NCBI GenBank assembly: GCA_976551045.1
Contig: CDPCPM010000281.1
Location: 9,548,001 to 9,612,000 of the forward strand
Origin: Glaucostegus cemiculus
Taxonomy: Eukaryota
Reading direction: 5' to 3'
DNA: 64,000 nucleotides
The position numbers and the translations under genes are program-made. Positions 37,240 to 50,599 of this stretch are shown one piece after another; within the stretch, counting starts at the first letter, position 1, and each line of letters opens with the position of its first letter. The notes under the pieces were generated by a model that did no database searches, had not been told where the DNA came from, and was given only the letters and a program-made list of their open reading frames with translations.

Positions 37240-37680
37240 GTGTACACCTCCTTAATTCTCTCCACCCTATTTTAAGTTACTCTTTAAAATTTGTCACTTC
37301 TTTAATCAGGGTTTTTGACATCTGTCCTGAAGTCACTCCAATACCTTTGGAAAGCACTGAGGGAAATTTTACTCTGTTAAAAATACTACACAGATGCCAA
37401 CCTAACTGAGAGCAGAATCAAGAAGCAACCTTTAACAGGAGGAGAGGCTTCAACGATGTGACAGGACTTAAGAAGAGAGGTCCAAGTATTGACGGTTGAA
37501 AGATCTATCACCAAAGAAACCATACTTGGAAAGTGAGGTGTGCAGGAGGTTCGACTTAAAGGATCATGGACGTTGGCTGTGATGGAGGGCTAGAGAAGGT
37601 TGTAGAGCAAGGACGCACATAGACCAAAGGTAGATTTGTGAAACTATATTTAAGAAACCTGATGAACAAGGCAGATTAGA
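37240..37680. mobile_element. Degraded L2-like fragments
   Basis: CTCTTTAAAAT..CTTTAATCAGGGTTTTTGAC..CTGTCCT 3'-end pattern, followed by a purine-rich reverse piece. Confidence 0.4.
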
Positions 37681-37844
37681 ACTGTAAATGATTTATTTTA
37701 AAACATCAAAATGTTTTTTTTTTCATTGATTTTCATTAATTCAGTTTCCTAAGCCACGTATTAAATACTTAGATATGAATGTGAGCATCAGTTCATTGCT
37801 GTGTCTGTTGAGATTGGGAGCATAAATTCCCCCTTTTGTTTTAT

Positions 37845-38160
37845 TTTCTTAGTTTTTGAGATGTAGACACGGTAGGCAAGGTCATCATTTATTGCCCAAC
37901 TGTAATTGTCCTTTCGAAGTTTGTCATGAGCCACCTCCAGAATCCTTCTGGTGAAGGTACATCCATGGTACTGTTGGATTGGGAGTAACAGAATTTAGAT
38001 CCATCCATAATAAAGGAATAGTGATAAAATTCCTGCTGCAGATGGATAACTTGGACAGAAACTGCAGTTGGTGATGTTTCCATGTACCTGATTCCATTGC
38101 CCTTCTGCAGAGCAGGTCATGGGTTTTGGAGCTCCTGACATTGTTGCAGGATAATTCTGA
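37845..38160 (-). mobile_element. 3' end of an old chondrichthyan LINE
   Basis: CATTTATTGCCCAACTGTAATTGTCCTT..GAGCCACCT..GGTGAAGGTACATCCA; tail resembles that of the SINEs at 3428 and 9016. Confidence 0.75.
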
Positions 38161-39464
38161 GAGGGTTCCATTCTGGATGATAATTTTTTTTAAAAACTTT
38201 AAATATTAGTGATTCATTTCAAGGAGGCTTTAACAGGCTTTCTTCATCATTTGGATTTAAAAGATTGACCTTGTATACATTTATAACAACCACAATCTGG
38301 GCCCTGGCACTTGAAGCAAAATGGTGGTCTTGTGGTAGTTAAATACCAGGACCCGTACAGCCACCGTAAATCGTGGTCAAGGTTGGCAGTTGAAATGTTT
38401 TCAGACCTGAATGTGGAACTTTATTCATCTCTTCTGTCTGTTGGGCTGAAGAGTGTAAATTGATAAACTTGTCCAGACAGCTAACTACCACAGGAATCCA
38501 TCAGACATACTCAATGTTTCAAAGCCACAATGAGTCCAATTTAAAGGTTGGCTTTTGTGGATGCCAGCAATTAAAAAAGACGTACTCTGAACTTAACCAC
38601 TGGCTGTGTTGATAGAAAAGGGAACCAACTGAACATGTCACCATAATGGCAAACAGGTGTTCAAATATGGATTTAAAAAGGCCAGTCAGAATAAAAGGCT
38701 TGTTTTTAGGTTTTAAACTTTTAACTCAAGCTTTTCTTTCACTGAGCTATGCAGTAGTTTTTCAAATGGTAGCTGGCTCTTTGGAAGGAGTCAGATAGAA
38801 TTTCTCAGCATTTTGCCCAGCTATTGACAATTGGGTTGAAAACGTGTAAATGAAATGCCAATGGCAAGTCCTCGAAGAGAACAGAACTGAAAGGCAATTC
38901 ATATTTTTTTTATGGTCATGGATTGAAATATATATTAATAATGGACTTTAAACAGAATTATAAATCAGTTCAGTTAGATGGCTCCTAAACAGAATTATTC
39001 ATCTTACAAAAGAGTACTTCATGCCTGCTAGCAATAAACCATGTTTCACCTTCAAATTCACCTGTTGAAAGGGCAGGTCTCTCCTGGCAGAATTCCCTTG
39101 ATTCATTATTGTGTGTTGCTTTATGAATTTTTTATTTTTTTATATATCAGGGTATGTGAATTGCTGTTTCAACTGCAAAGGCTAAGCCCTGACGCATAAC
39201 ATATCCCAGACCTCAGGAAGAATCATTAAAACATGTCTCTGTAGGACTTGAGCTGCATTCAATAAAAGATATTAAAGCCTACCATTATAATGGAAGATTC
39301 TCACTAATAGTACACTGAGAAACTACAGATGTGTTCAATTACTTTTTTATCTAGTTAATAAGGAAATAATTTCTTTCTAAAGAGTTTAATGTATGCAGGT
39401 TTTAACTGGTGGTATTTTCAGTCTCTTGTGATATTTTACACCCGTTCAGACTGTAACCTTTATA

Positions 39465-39633
39465 GATCATAAGACATCGGGGCAGAATTAGCCCATTCGG
39501 CCCATCAAACTGCTCCTCCATTCGATCATGACTAATTTGCTTTTCCCTCTCAACTCCATCCCCCTGTTTTCTCCCTGTAACCTTTGACACAGGTCAAGAA
39601 CCTATCAACCTCCCCTTTAAATTTACCCAATGA
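39465..39633 (-). mobile_element. CR1/HER1 3' end
   Basis: CATAAGACATCGGGGCAGAATTAGCCCATTCGGCCCATC...AAGAACCTATCAACCTCC; reverse complement of 525-690. Confidence 0.92.
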
Positions 39634-41252
39634 GATATCAGGCACATATATTGTATACCTAGAATTTTGCTGTCACTAGTTCAGAGGAAAAGAAATCCCT
39701 CATTTGAAGTGCGAAGCTCCAGCTGTCGACCCCTGCAGTATCTAAGCTCCTCGTTGCTCAGAGAGTGGCGTGTTCAATAACAGCAAAGGTGCCACAAGAT
39801 TGAATCTGCTGTGATTTTACAGAAAAACCATCTGAGGGCTCAACAGCGCAATCTTGATAAGATGTTTAGATGTAGAGCTTCAACTGAACTAGTCCAAACA
39901 ACATATACTGCTTTTTCAAAAAAAATAGTAAATCAAAGTCTATCTATTTCTTTCACATCTCTTCTGCAACGGTTTTACTAAACATTTTGCTGTATGAGCA
40001 GACAAGAACTATACACACTTATTTACTTGCACCTACCTTGTTGTTTGTAATAAATTAGTATAATTGTCTCAGCTGCTTCTCAACTAAATATTTTAAGAGT
40101 TTGCTTTACTTTCAGAGAAGCACCATCCGAGTCTGTTGCTCTATTCAAGAGATGGTTTTAATATTACATGTGGAATGAGGGATGGATAGCAAGCTGGAGT
40201 TTATTAAAAAGAGATGCTGAATTGCAGTTTTTTAAATACAGTTATGTAAACTCAATGTTTCCCCTTGTTTTTTCTCGTTCTTGAGTATATCATGACCTGG
40301 AGCCTTTTTATGACTAACCTTCTAAGTTCAATTTTAGCAGCATCCAATTCTTTGGCAATATCAAACGGCTTGTGCGTTGAACACTATTTGCTGGAAAACG
40401 GGTACAGTAGAATGTCTCAAGTGATAACTTTCACAAACCATCAGTGTAAGATCCAATAAACTGTCAGTGCAGATTCCACTATAGGCCAGTGGCCTACTTA
40501 TTCATCTCCATGCAGGAGATCTGTTTATCACACATGTTTCTGGGAGTCATATTGTGGGAGTTCTGTATTGAATTATTTTGATTTCAAAGCAATTCAGGGA
40601 ACAGCAATGGCTCAGTAGTCAAATTACTACCTGGCTTTCTTTGAAGTCTCATAAGTTTATCCATCAGGTAGTTAAGCCATACAACTAGCTTTGGCGCAAT
40701 GGCTCAAAGTGTGTGCCAAAGGGAAATGATACATTGCAGTTCCCAGCATTGAAGATTGTGGGTACCACACGCACTCTGACCAAAATTGAGGAATGCAGTC
40801 GTTCACCTCCCTTTGTAGAGTCTTCCTCAAATGGGAGCTGTATAGGGAGGCACGAGTGGGGGTTCTCACTCATGCCTCCTTATACTGCTCCCATTTGTAC
40901 TTTCACTGCTGTATGGCTTTCAGTTCCCTTTCCTGCATCCCTGGCAACAGCATTTCTAATCCATGAAGCCATGTACTATCATATAAACAAACAGTCCATG
41001 TTGCGCTACCAGGACCACTAGTGAACTATATCCTTGAAACGATCCTTCTGTGCCAACAATTCCATATCCATGGCCAAGTTTGCTACAGGCTTAGCTCTGT
41101 GGGGAGATGTTAAATGTGTTTAAATTAACAGAAGGACTACTGTTAGGAAATTTGGAACACACTGCTCCTTCAGAAAATAATTTTTGCCACATTTAGAAAA
41201 TCAGAACGTACATTTAATAAAAGAAATGCTTTAAAAGAAATCACTTCACAAA

Positions 41253-41497
41253 CCAGTTCTGATGAAGGGTTCCAGACCTGAAAGTTTAGTTGTTTCTCTT
41301 TCCAGAGATGGTGCCTGATCTGCAGAGTGTTTCCAGCACTTTTTATCTTCATTTCAGATTTCCAGCATCTGCAGTTTTGTTTTGTAGGAATTGTAGAGGA
41401 AACTGTAGAGGAAGCTCGCAGTATCTTGGGATGAAAGCTGAAAACGTTGTTAATACCCTGCAGATCAGGGAGCATCTGTGGTGAAAGAAGTACAGTT
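41253..41497. mobile_element. Penelope pLTR (+, 41253-41380) with best-preserved hammerhead core, plus a minus-strand piece (41436-41497)
   Basis: AGTT-CTGATGA(41259-41265)-AGGGTTCCAGACCT-GAAA(41280-41283); TTTCAGATTTCCAGCATCTGCAG. Confidence 0.85.
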
Positions 41498-42379
41498 GGT
41501 TGTGGTGACGTTGCTAGTGATTCCAATCACAACTAATGGCATTAAGTCATTTAGGCAGCAGTAAGCCCTGGATTTCTGCACTGATGCTACAAGACAAACA
41601 ACCCTGGGATTTATGGGACAGCTTCAGAAGGCTGAAGGTCGCTGCTTTACTCAGCGGCTGGACTCCACATGGACCTTAGCAGCAAAGCTCAGTCTGGCTG
41701 GGATTCCTCTTGGGAATTGCCGATTTGATCCCAAAGTGTGGTGTAGGATTCCAAATCCCATTCATTCATTGGGGTTTGCAGTTTGAAGATTTAGGAAGCA
41801 AAACAAAGTTACTTCTTTAAATTATTTTGCTTTATTTTAGTTTTTAATTATTTATGTATGTGTTTTATGTTTGTAGTTAATTACATTTTTTAAATTATCT
41901 CTTTAATGACTTACTTCAATATTAATTGTTGTTGAATTTCTTCAAGTCGGAAACATTTAACAGTTATTAAAACCAGTGAAAATGTTTACAGTGGCAAAGC
42001 CCTGGCCCCAGGTTTTTGAAAGTTGCCAGGGATGATTTTGGGAGATGGGGTCTCCTCATTTGCAGTCATCATTCAGACTGAGCTGCAGGGAGTGGAGGAC
42101 CAGCAAGAAAGACCTCCCACCTCTGGCTCGTTGAAGTATGTGCACAGGAGGACCAAGACCTGTGATGCCAGGCAGGGGGAGTAGGCCAGAACCATCCAGC
42201 CCACTATTTTCAATGATCATCATAAATTGCTACTAAACATTGCTTGGGTCATGATAAAATACTTTTTAATCCCCTACTTTATAAAGAATGCAGTGAGTAC
42301 GCAGCATTGTCACCAGACTGATACTCAGAGTAAGTTATCAGACAAAACTAAAAAATACTGGCATTATTTCTATTGGATT

Positions 42380-42705
42380 CGAAAAGTCAGGGAGAGAGGT
42401 TTAACACTGCTTTTTAAAATGGTGAAGGTGAAGAGGTTAAGACAATTTCCTTCAGTGAGGAAGTCAAGAATGAGGGATAATCAATTTAAATCTGTCATCA
42501 AAAGAATGTAGAGGGAAGCGGAGAGATTTATTGATGCTGAGCTTATTGGAAGTGCCTTCCTCGGGGACTGGGTAAGGTAGAGACCATTGCATTTTTGATG
42601 GGAAGTGTGGATTCATATTTGAAGCAAGGAAAATGGACAGGATTGTGGGAAGAGGGCAGAGCAGTTGGAATAATTCCTGGTTATTCTGACCATCAGCTGG
42701 CATTG
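42380..42705 (+). mobile_element. Degraded CR1 3' fragment
   Basis: TTTCCTTCAGTGAGGAAGTCAAGAATGAGGG..TTTAAA and CATTGCATTT..GGGAAGTGTGGAT motifs. Confidence 0.55.
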
Positions 42706-43620
42706 GCAAAGTAAGCCATATTGAAGCCCTTAAGGAATCATAGAATAATCATGGAGTTCTTGTAGCACAGAAGAAGGCCATTTGGCCAATCAAGTCAGTG
42801 CCAATTGCTAGTAGAGAAATCCCATCAGTCCCATTCCCTTGCATTTTTTCCCCTATTCTATTTCTTACAGCTTTGCATAAAGTAATCCAACTGCTCTGCT
42901 CTCTCCTTGCAATCCCGTATCTTGCTTTGTTTCAAATATTTATCTGCTCTTACCCTTAAAAATGACAATCTTGCCTACGCTCTGTAGAGCACACTTTCCA
43001 CTGTGAAAACATCTTGCATCTTGCTTTACCATTTACCGGAGAGTTAAAAATGAGGGACTTCAGTGGTACTAACTGAATTATTATTTCAAAGAGCCATCAT
43101 GGGAATGGTGGGTTGAATGGCCTTTTTCTGTGTTGCAAAATTGTTTGATTCAATAACTGTCAGTGTTTTTAAAATGTGCAAAACTCAGACACTTTTTCCA
43201 CATTGATAAAACTTCAGTGTCAACCCAAGCCTTTAGAAAACAGTGATTAATGTTGTCATTCTCTGGCAGATTATCAAAGTTGGAAAAAAAAAGGAGAAAT
43301 AAAGGTTTTGTTTGTCTTTTGAATCAGTGATGTTCAGTGATATGTCTCCATGCAGCTGTAATTAAGCATGGATTCAGAATTTCAGAACTGTGTACACTTT
43401 AAAAACCTGAAAACTCTTACCTGACATCAGACAAGGCCTGAAGTAAACCACTGAAATTAATGGCTGAAACATGTGCAAGGTTCTGAACAAACCACCCATC
43501 TCTTGCAATCTATGTAGTCAGCATCGAAGTAAAAGAAAACCTAGTTTACGCCATCTGAATATGAAGTGAAACAACAGCCCACCAGATTCAATCTATTAAT
43601 CATAAAGGCACAATGTTATC

Positions 43621-43679
43621 GGGGTGGTGGTTGTGGGGGAGGGGGCGAGGGGGTGGTGAGGGGGGAGGGTGGTGGGAGG
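43621..43679 (+). other. G-quadruplex-forming G-rich tract
   Basis: Seven runs of three or more G within 60 nt. Confidence 0.75.
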
Positions 43680-45529
43680 TTGTGTACGTTAATTCAATCC
43701 CTCAAGCTGTAAGGAACAGACTGCTGGATGAGGCTGTAATTATCCACTCTGGGCACTAGACCGTTCCTGCAGTGTGAGATTCTCCCAAGTGAGTTTTAAA
43801 AAGTAGAATTTAACTTCAATTTCATTTTGTGTGTATGTGTGCCTGGAAATATGTGCCCAGCACATGCAAGCAGCGATGTGCTGGAACTCTCATGGACACG
43901 GTACTTATGCAAAGAATGCAGTCTTACAAAGCTCCTATTAGAGTGAATTGGAACTCTAGGATTTAATGTAAACCAATTAGGATACATTCTAGAATTGTTT
44001 TTTAAAGGCGGACCACATATTGAAAAAAATAATTGGCATTTGTTCTTCAGACACTAGCACAATGGGATAAAATTAAGTGTTATGCATTGCTTGCATGTTA
44101 TCTCATCTTTCGATTGAAAATACCACCCAGCTGCTTGGAGTCATATTTGCCCCCAATGATGGACATGATTGGCCTTAAATTCCAAGTGGGATTTAACCTT
44201 CTACTGGGGTTGGTGGCAGCATAGCAATTTATTTCTGTTGTGTATTAGAAACCATTTATTTATTTTTAAAGAGCGTATAAAAGGCTGCAGTCTATCATTA
44301 GTCAAGCTACAACTGATGATCTTTGTGAAATTAGATACCCTACAAGACTTGAAATCGTTTCCATTTCCTGAATGTTTCACAGATGCTGATGAGGGAATCC
44401 AATGTATTTAATATGCCCATCATTTAAAAAAAAATTCTGGGGCCAAAACCTATTATAAAATGTTCATTCTTTTAATGTAACATTTTTAACCTCAACTGCA
44501 AAGGAGTTTCCTCACACACCTACTTCAGACTATAGGGTCTGCAGTCCAGACCTGCGATGGAATGGAAATGCAGCATCATGGCATGGTATTTTTGGGATGG
44601 CACATGGACACATTGACGTAGCCAGAGCCATGCATCTGCTGGAGTACAGGAACTTATACACTTCCCTTAACATAAGCAAATGTAGTGTTATTTGTTAGAT
44701 CTAGGATAAGTTTGCTCGTTTACAATTTGGAACTGATTGGCTTTTAGATACTGCTGAATGAAAATATGTTTTCAACCTTGATATACTCCGATTATTTCAT
44801 TATTGATACGGTATTATTAAAATTCCCAACAACACACAATATTTAGCTAGATAAGGCAGATATATTCTAACTTATTGTTCAGAAAGTTGGTTCTTTCACC
44901 ATACAACCAGGGATGAATCATAAATTTCCTTTGCCAGCTGAGATGCCCAACAGCTTTATTAGTTAAGGTTTGAATGCGTATCTCTTGGATTATACATCTC
45001 TTCTGCTAGATAAACAGAGATTGTGCACAACCTCCCACGAGCAACAGACCATTTGGGGAAGAAGATTTTTTTTTAAAGATTGAAAAATAAATGGAACCAG
45101 TGATAAGAAAAGACCAGCAGTGATAATATTGGTTTTACAAAAGAACAAGTTTACCATGAAAGTTTTATCAGTAAGGTATTTTGTTAAGGCTTTGCAGTAA
45201 ACAGTCTCATGACTGACTCATGGGAGTCTGCTCACTGTCTCTGGGTGGTGCTGCTATATGAAACCAGTTATTGTTGACGTCCTTCTGATCTAATTGCCAT
45301 CTGTGTTATGTCCTCCTGGGAACAGGAGGTTGTAGAACAGTTGTAGTTGTCAGCGTCCTAAATCAGTTTCTATACGTCTATTCATTCCAGATAGATACCT
45401 TATGCTTAGTTCTTCATGCCCTAATTCCTGGTGGAATAGCTTAATCCTTTGGAATGGGAGGATTCCTGCTTCCACTTGCAAGCCCCTTTATTAAATAAAT
45501 CCCTTTGATTTGTGTAAAACACTGAGTTA

Positions 45530-45596
45530 TTGTTGTGTGTGTGTTGTGTATGTACGTATGTGTATATGTAAGTGTATATACATGTACATATGTGCT
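45530..45596. repeat. Degenerate (TG/TA)n microsatellite
   Basis: TGTGTGTGTGTTGTGTATGTACGTATGTGTATATG... Confidence 0.8.
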
Positions 45597-46084
45597 TTCT
45601 TAACTTTCTCCTTCATGTGTTCCTCCTTCAGGATTCTGAAATCCTATAAAATGTATGTTTGAAAGAGGAAAAGATTGAACAAATACAGCCAACATTATCA
45701 TGCATATTCTGAAATTAGGAGGTGAATGGGAATAAATCCTATGATGCTGCTGTTTTGTCATCAGTGTATGGTTTTTCATTGTTTCCAATTGCTTCACCAG
45801 TGAGGCCCCTCACCCTAATACAGCAGCTGGAAGCACCCTTCTCACTCTGTGAGCTTCATACAATGATAGGCACACCCATGCCCATTAGAACCTGCTTGTC
45901 AAAATTGGGCTGCTTTTAGTTTCTAAGCAAATATCTAGCACTTTTTATGCCACTATTACATCTGTGTCCTTGCTAAGTTTAGTTACATGGCAATAAGGTG
46001 TTAAAATAAGGCTAATGTTGAGGTTCAACCTTGGAGAATTGTAAACAGACTCAAGGGAATGGATAGCCTACTAGTTTACCCATT

Positions 46085-46560
46085 TAGAAAATAGGAGCAG
46101 CAGTAGGCCATTTAACCTTCTGATCCTGCTGTTCCTTTAAATACAGTCATGCCTGATCCTCCATCTCCATGCTGTATTCCTGCTTGCTCCCCATACGGCT
46201 TGGTGCCTTTTGTGTCTCAAAAAGTACCCACCTCCTTCTTAAATATATGAAGAGGCTTGGCCTTCACAGCCTTCTGTGGCAGGGAACTCCAGTGGTTCAT
46301 TACCCTCTGGCTGAAGATATTTCTTCTCAGCTCAGTCCAACATGTCCTTCCCTGTATCCTGAGACCGTGACCCTTCATTTTTGAGCAGCTGGCCAGGGAA
46401 AACATCCTCGCAGCCTCCAGTCTTCCCAGCCATATAAGAATTTAATACATTTCAATGAGATCTTCTCTTGTTCTTATTATCTCTAGTGAATACAGGCCTA
46501 GTTGTCTTCTCTCTTCTCTCCTCATGTGACACACTGGTGAACCTTCACTGTACTCGCTCT
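46085..46560 (-). mobile_element. CR1/HER1 LINE 3' end
   Basis: Minus ORF GHGLRIQGRTCWTELRRNIFSQRVMNHWSSLPQKAV; tail AGAAAATAGGAGCAGCAGTAGGCCATT. Confidence 0.9.
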
Positions 46561-46817
46561 TTTTTTTTGTTCTTATGTTCGATTCAAACTAAAAACATTT
46601 GGGTTTGGTCTGAGCTTAATCTGATTCTTGCAGTTCTCAATAAGAGAGATTAAAATTTAAATTGTTTTGTGCTGGTGTACATTTTCTGCTTGTACAGACT
46701 TGCATCAAATAGTTAATTCCTCTAATTTAGCAAAAAGAGGGAAATGATGTAAACATTTCAGGTTTGTTTCACCCGCAGCTACAAACACCATAGAGACCCA
46801 ACAATTTTAGAAATAAC

Positions 46818-47210
46818 AAAACAGAAAATGAAGGGAAAGCTCAGCCAGGGTCCCTCCCCAATGACCGAGAGCAGCCAGGTTCTGTTTCAGGTCAATGATC
46901 CTCTGTTGGAATTGGAAATGTTGGAGATAAACCACTTTTAAACATGTACAAACTTTGTGACAAAGGACAGGGAAAGAATGAAAGGGAGGGTCTGCAGTGG
47001 AGTTGAGGGCAGGAGAGATTCAATGGCAAAAGTGATGATGCTTTAAGATAAAGGAAGGTGACAATAACTGGCTCACCCCTTGCTTAACAGCTATCCATCT
47101 TCTGATGAAAGATCTTCAACCTGAAATGTTAACGCTACAGATGCTTCCTGTCCTGCTGAGTGAATCTAGCAAGTTATGAGTCTATTTCAAATGTCTAGCT
47201 TCCATTTTTG
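46818..47210. mobile_element. Inverted Penelope pLTR fragments
   Basis: Minus arm TGTTTCAGGTCAATGATCCT plus a purine-rich stretch; plus arm CTGATGA(47102)..CCTGAAATGTTAAC..CAGATGCTTCCTGTCCTGCTGAG. Confidence 0.75.
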
Positions 47211-49210
47211 ATTGACCAGCAGTTTTAGGCTTGGTGAACAGAATTAAATTTAGAAATGCCTTTATGTAGATGACAGGAAGGAGTTGAAATTCATTTCCAA
47301 AGTCTATGACCCCAGTCTAAATTGAGACAATAAAGTGTGATCTAACTGGAAGTGAAGTGATACCAGAGGGAGGTTGAAGAAAATTAAATTTTCTGCATTT
47401 TAGGGGTTATGGAATGAACAAATGCTCTTGCTCTGCATACAGCTGAATGAAATGGCATCAATCAACACTTCCCCACTTACATAGATTATGATGTACTCAG
47501 CAGCCCTCAGCACTGTCAAAACACATCAGTTTAATGGTCACTTTGCATCATTCTTATAAACCACATGATTCCCTGTGATTTCTGTTCCCATTGTTACTTG
47601 CACTACCAGTGTGCACGCTCAAGAACCCAAGATCACACTTCCTTGCTTCTTCCATGTTCATCGGAGCCACTGACGCAACCTACAGACCCAGAAGGGTTAG
47701 ATTTGTGCTGATTATAACTTTCCAATTGTGATTCAACAGTTATTCTGAAGGCTGTGTGAGCTCAGGGTTATGTTTCTAAAGGCCCTGACAGGAAGCCAAC
47801 AACAGTATGAAATGTAGAATCATTAGTACACCCTGCTCCTCTACTGTCTACCTTCACAAATCCAGCAGTGAGATAGTTGCATAACTGCCTGCATTCTTTG
47901 AATTTTCTCTCTGCTTCTTAGTAGAAGAAGAATGTGGTCATTGTCTGAAAATAATTTTAAAATGTCAATGTGTTGCACTAACCAAAATCTGCATCACTGC
48001 CTCATTATGACCACAAGTAGAGGGCTGCCATTGACCTTTTTATTTAGATGAGTGTTTCCTAACACAACTCAAAGTGGAAAAGGTATCCTAAATGTGTGTC
48101 ACACACAAAAAAAGAGATTGCTTTCCAAACCTCTGTCAATACTGAAATTAAAAATTTTGTAGATGTGCATTTTTTGACCAGTAATGTTTGTACACAGAAG
48201 CCCACATATGCTATTTAATGCTCTGACTTTAACAATGATAAGTCAACAGAAACAATCTTTGTTGATTTATTAGTAATAGGACTATAACATTTTTTTTACA
48301 TAAAGCAAAATGCTTTATTGTGTCACAAAAGTGAATTATGTTTAAAATCCAATCACTAAATGCAAATGGGACCATAGCACACTGCCCAAATTCAAAGATG
48401 CATTTACACTCATACACCACCAGCCACATGCAATGACCCAATGACCCTTCCTGTGTAAGATTCAGTTATGCAGTCGAGGCCCACAAGTGATGCCAGCTAC
48501 CCACACTGATGTCGGCTCTCGGTGAGGCTTGTTCTGGCATGAGTAAACATGTAACTAAGGCTGCTGATGGCCTCAGGAACCTGCTCACCTGTCCTCCTCC
48601 TCTCTTCCACCGATCCCCAGTTTAATTGTCTCTCCAACGAAGTCCCCACCTTTGACGTAAGCACATCTTACAACCCCCATCCTGCGCCTCCCCATGACAC
48701 AACCAATTCCCAGAGCTGATCCTCCTCCCCTCCTTCCAGGTCCAATCTATTCTCCGTTCCCTACTCTTCAGCCACTCCCTTTCTTCCCCATTTATGCAAC
48801 CCCACTCCTGCTTTCCCAAACCTCACCATTGATTCATGGTCTACCTGACCTCCTCCCACAGGACTAGTGGAGAAAAGGCCTTTACTACACTAAGGTGTGT
48901 GAAGTCCATTCTCCCACTGACAAAGAGCCTCTTACCAACCAAGTGCTGCTTCAACATGCCTTTCCTGACAGGAAAGAAATTCCAACCAGCTTTTTAAAAG
49001 CAGTATGCAGTATCCCTTTATGTGTTCCTTTGGACAGAGCAATAACTTATGCAACTATAAATGTTAAAGCTTGCCACTCAAACCAATATGTGAACAAATT
49101 CTTTAAACCTCATTTATCTGCAAAAATGAGCAAACAAAATCCTCTCTCTGCTCTCTATGTACAGAGCCTCTCAAAAATTTGGTCAAGATTTTGCTCTCTG
49201 CTGGATTAGC

Positions 49211-49363
49211 ATCATAGATATTGACAGCATAGAAGGAGGTCTTTCAGCCATGGAGTTAAGGGGCTTGGTCTACTCGCGCTGAATATACAGTCATTGGAGA
49301 AAGCTGGGTGTTTTGTAAGTTACCACCCATGTTCAAATCTTCTGTTTGATTTCTGATCCAAAC
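49211..49363 (+). repeat. Direct repeat, copy 1 (partner 50442-50599)
   Basis: GCTGAATATACAGTCATTGGAGAAAGCTGGGTGTTTTGTAAGTTACCACCCAT.. versus GCTGAACATACAGTATTTGGAGAAAGCTGGATGTTTTGCTAGTTGCCACCCAT.. Confidence 0.85.
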
Positions 49364-49714
49364 AGATCCTCATTGTGGTATCAGTTGGTCCTTCAGTGAG
49401 ACTTGCTTTGGCCTTAGGAAAATCTTATCTGGTTTGTCGCCAGTGAATCTAAGGCGTCCACTATCTTGCATGCTTCTGAACTTAGAAGAACAAATAAAAG
49501 AAAGGCATTGTCTTGCTCATCCCAGCAATTCTCAGAAGGAATGGATCCAGTTTAGTTTTGATGCACTCCAAACTTAAGTGGTTGAATTTGAGTAAGGTAA
49601 ATCAGTTGGGCACTCAGGGACATAGCCTTGGATGTTAGCAGGAGTTATCACCAGCAGCACAGAAAAGGCTTCAGCTTAAAATTAAACAGAAAATTTTAAA
49701 CAAAAATGTGCATT

Positions 49715-49945
49715 CATAAATGTAACAAAACATCACAAAGTGCATCACTAGAAAACATTGAGAGCACACCAGTGAAGGACACAGCATACCAGTTGGTCAA
49801 AGCAATAATTTTTAAACTGAGTGTGAGAGGAGGATGAAGTGGTGAATGACAAAGAGATTTTGAGATAAATTCCAGAGTGTGGGGCCTTAGCCAGCTAAAA
49901 GCACGGCAGCCAATACTGAGATTCACAAGACTCCAAAACTGGAGA
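49715..49945 (-). mobile_element. L2 3' fragment
   Basis: AATTCCAGAGTGTGGGGCCTTAGCCAGCTAAAAGCACGGCAGCCA (reverse of the AFS..GP.LWNL motif). Confidence 0.65.
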
Positions 49946-50164
49946 AGTGCATCTCAGTGTTGGCAGCAGTTATTATCACGTCGGGAGGGAGTGAAAGAGT
50001 AAGGGTTTCTTGTTAGTTTTGGGCTTGCACAGATTTGTCAGTCAGACGTACAAAGAATGTTAAAACTGAAACTTGACCAGCTTCCTGATCATGGCTGAAT
50101 TTCAAAATGGAGTAGTTCTTTTCCACAGCTTTTTGATATCAATGAAGTTTTTTATATCTGAATG

Positions 50165-50350
50165 AGAACTAGTTTGTGCTCAATTGTGGACAGTTCTGTG
50201 ATACTGATTCACACCCATGAGAACTGTACTGAAACTGTTCAAGCCTTGACTGCCAGTTGCTGCAGGAAGCACTCCTCACATCAGTCCTGGTTGGATTTAA
50301 ATCCAGTTCCCAGAGGTGAAAAACGAATGCCTAAAACAACACACTAGTCA
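50165..50350 (-). mobile_element. LF-SINE-like relic
   Basis: Reverse complement: TTTCACCTCTGGGAACTGGATTTAAATCCAACCAGG ... TTTCAGTACAGTTC ... ATCACAGAAC..CACAATTGAGCAC, in the order of the remembered LF-SINE consensus. Confidence 0.55.
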
Positions 50351-50441
50351 GTTTCTCATTGACTGTTGTTATTTTTCAAAAGAGCTAAGTACTTATTATC
50401 TGAATAAACATTTTATTTGCTCTCTGTGTAAGAATGATAGA

Positions 50442-50599
50442 ATCATAGAAATTCCCAGTCTGGGAGGAGGTTGTTTAGCCCATTGTCTGGGGGAAATCTC
50501 TTGAAGTAACCATGCTGAACATACAGTATTTGGAGAAAGCTGGATGTTTTGCTAGTTGCCACCCATTTTCAAGTCCAGTGTTTGGTTTTTGATCCAGAC
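50442..50599 (+). repeat. Direct repeat, copy 2 (partner 49211-49363)
   Basis: Colinear with copy 1 at an offset of about 1.23 kb. Confidence 0.85.

Noticed and set aside
41560-42200. Possible decayed DNA transposon around an AT-rich core
   Set aside because: Only short shared words (AAGCCCTGG); termini could not be defined.
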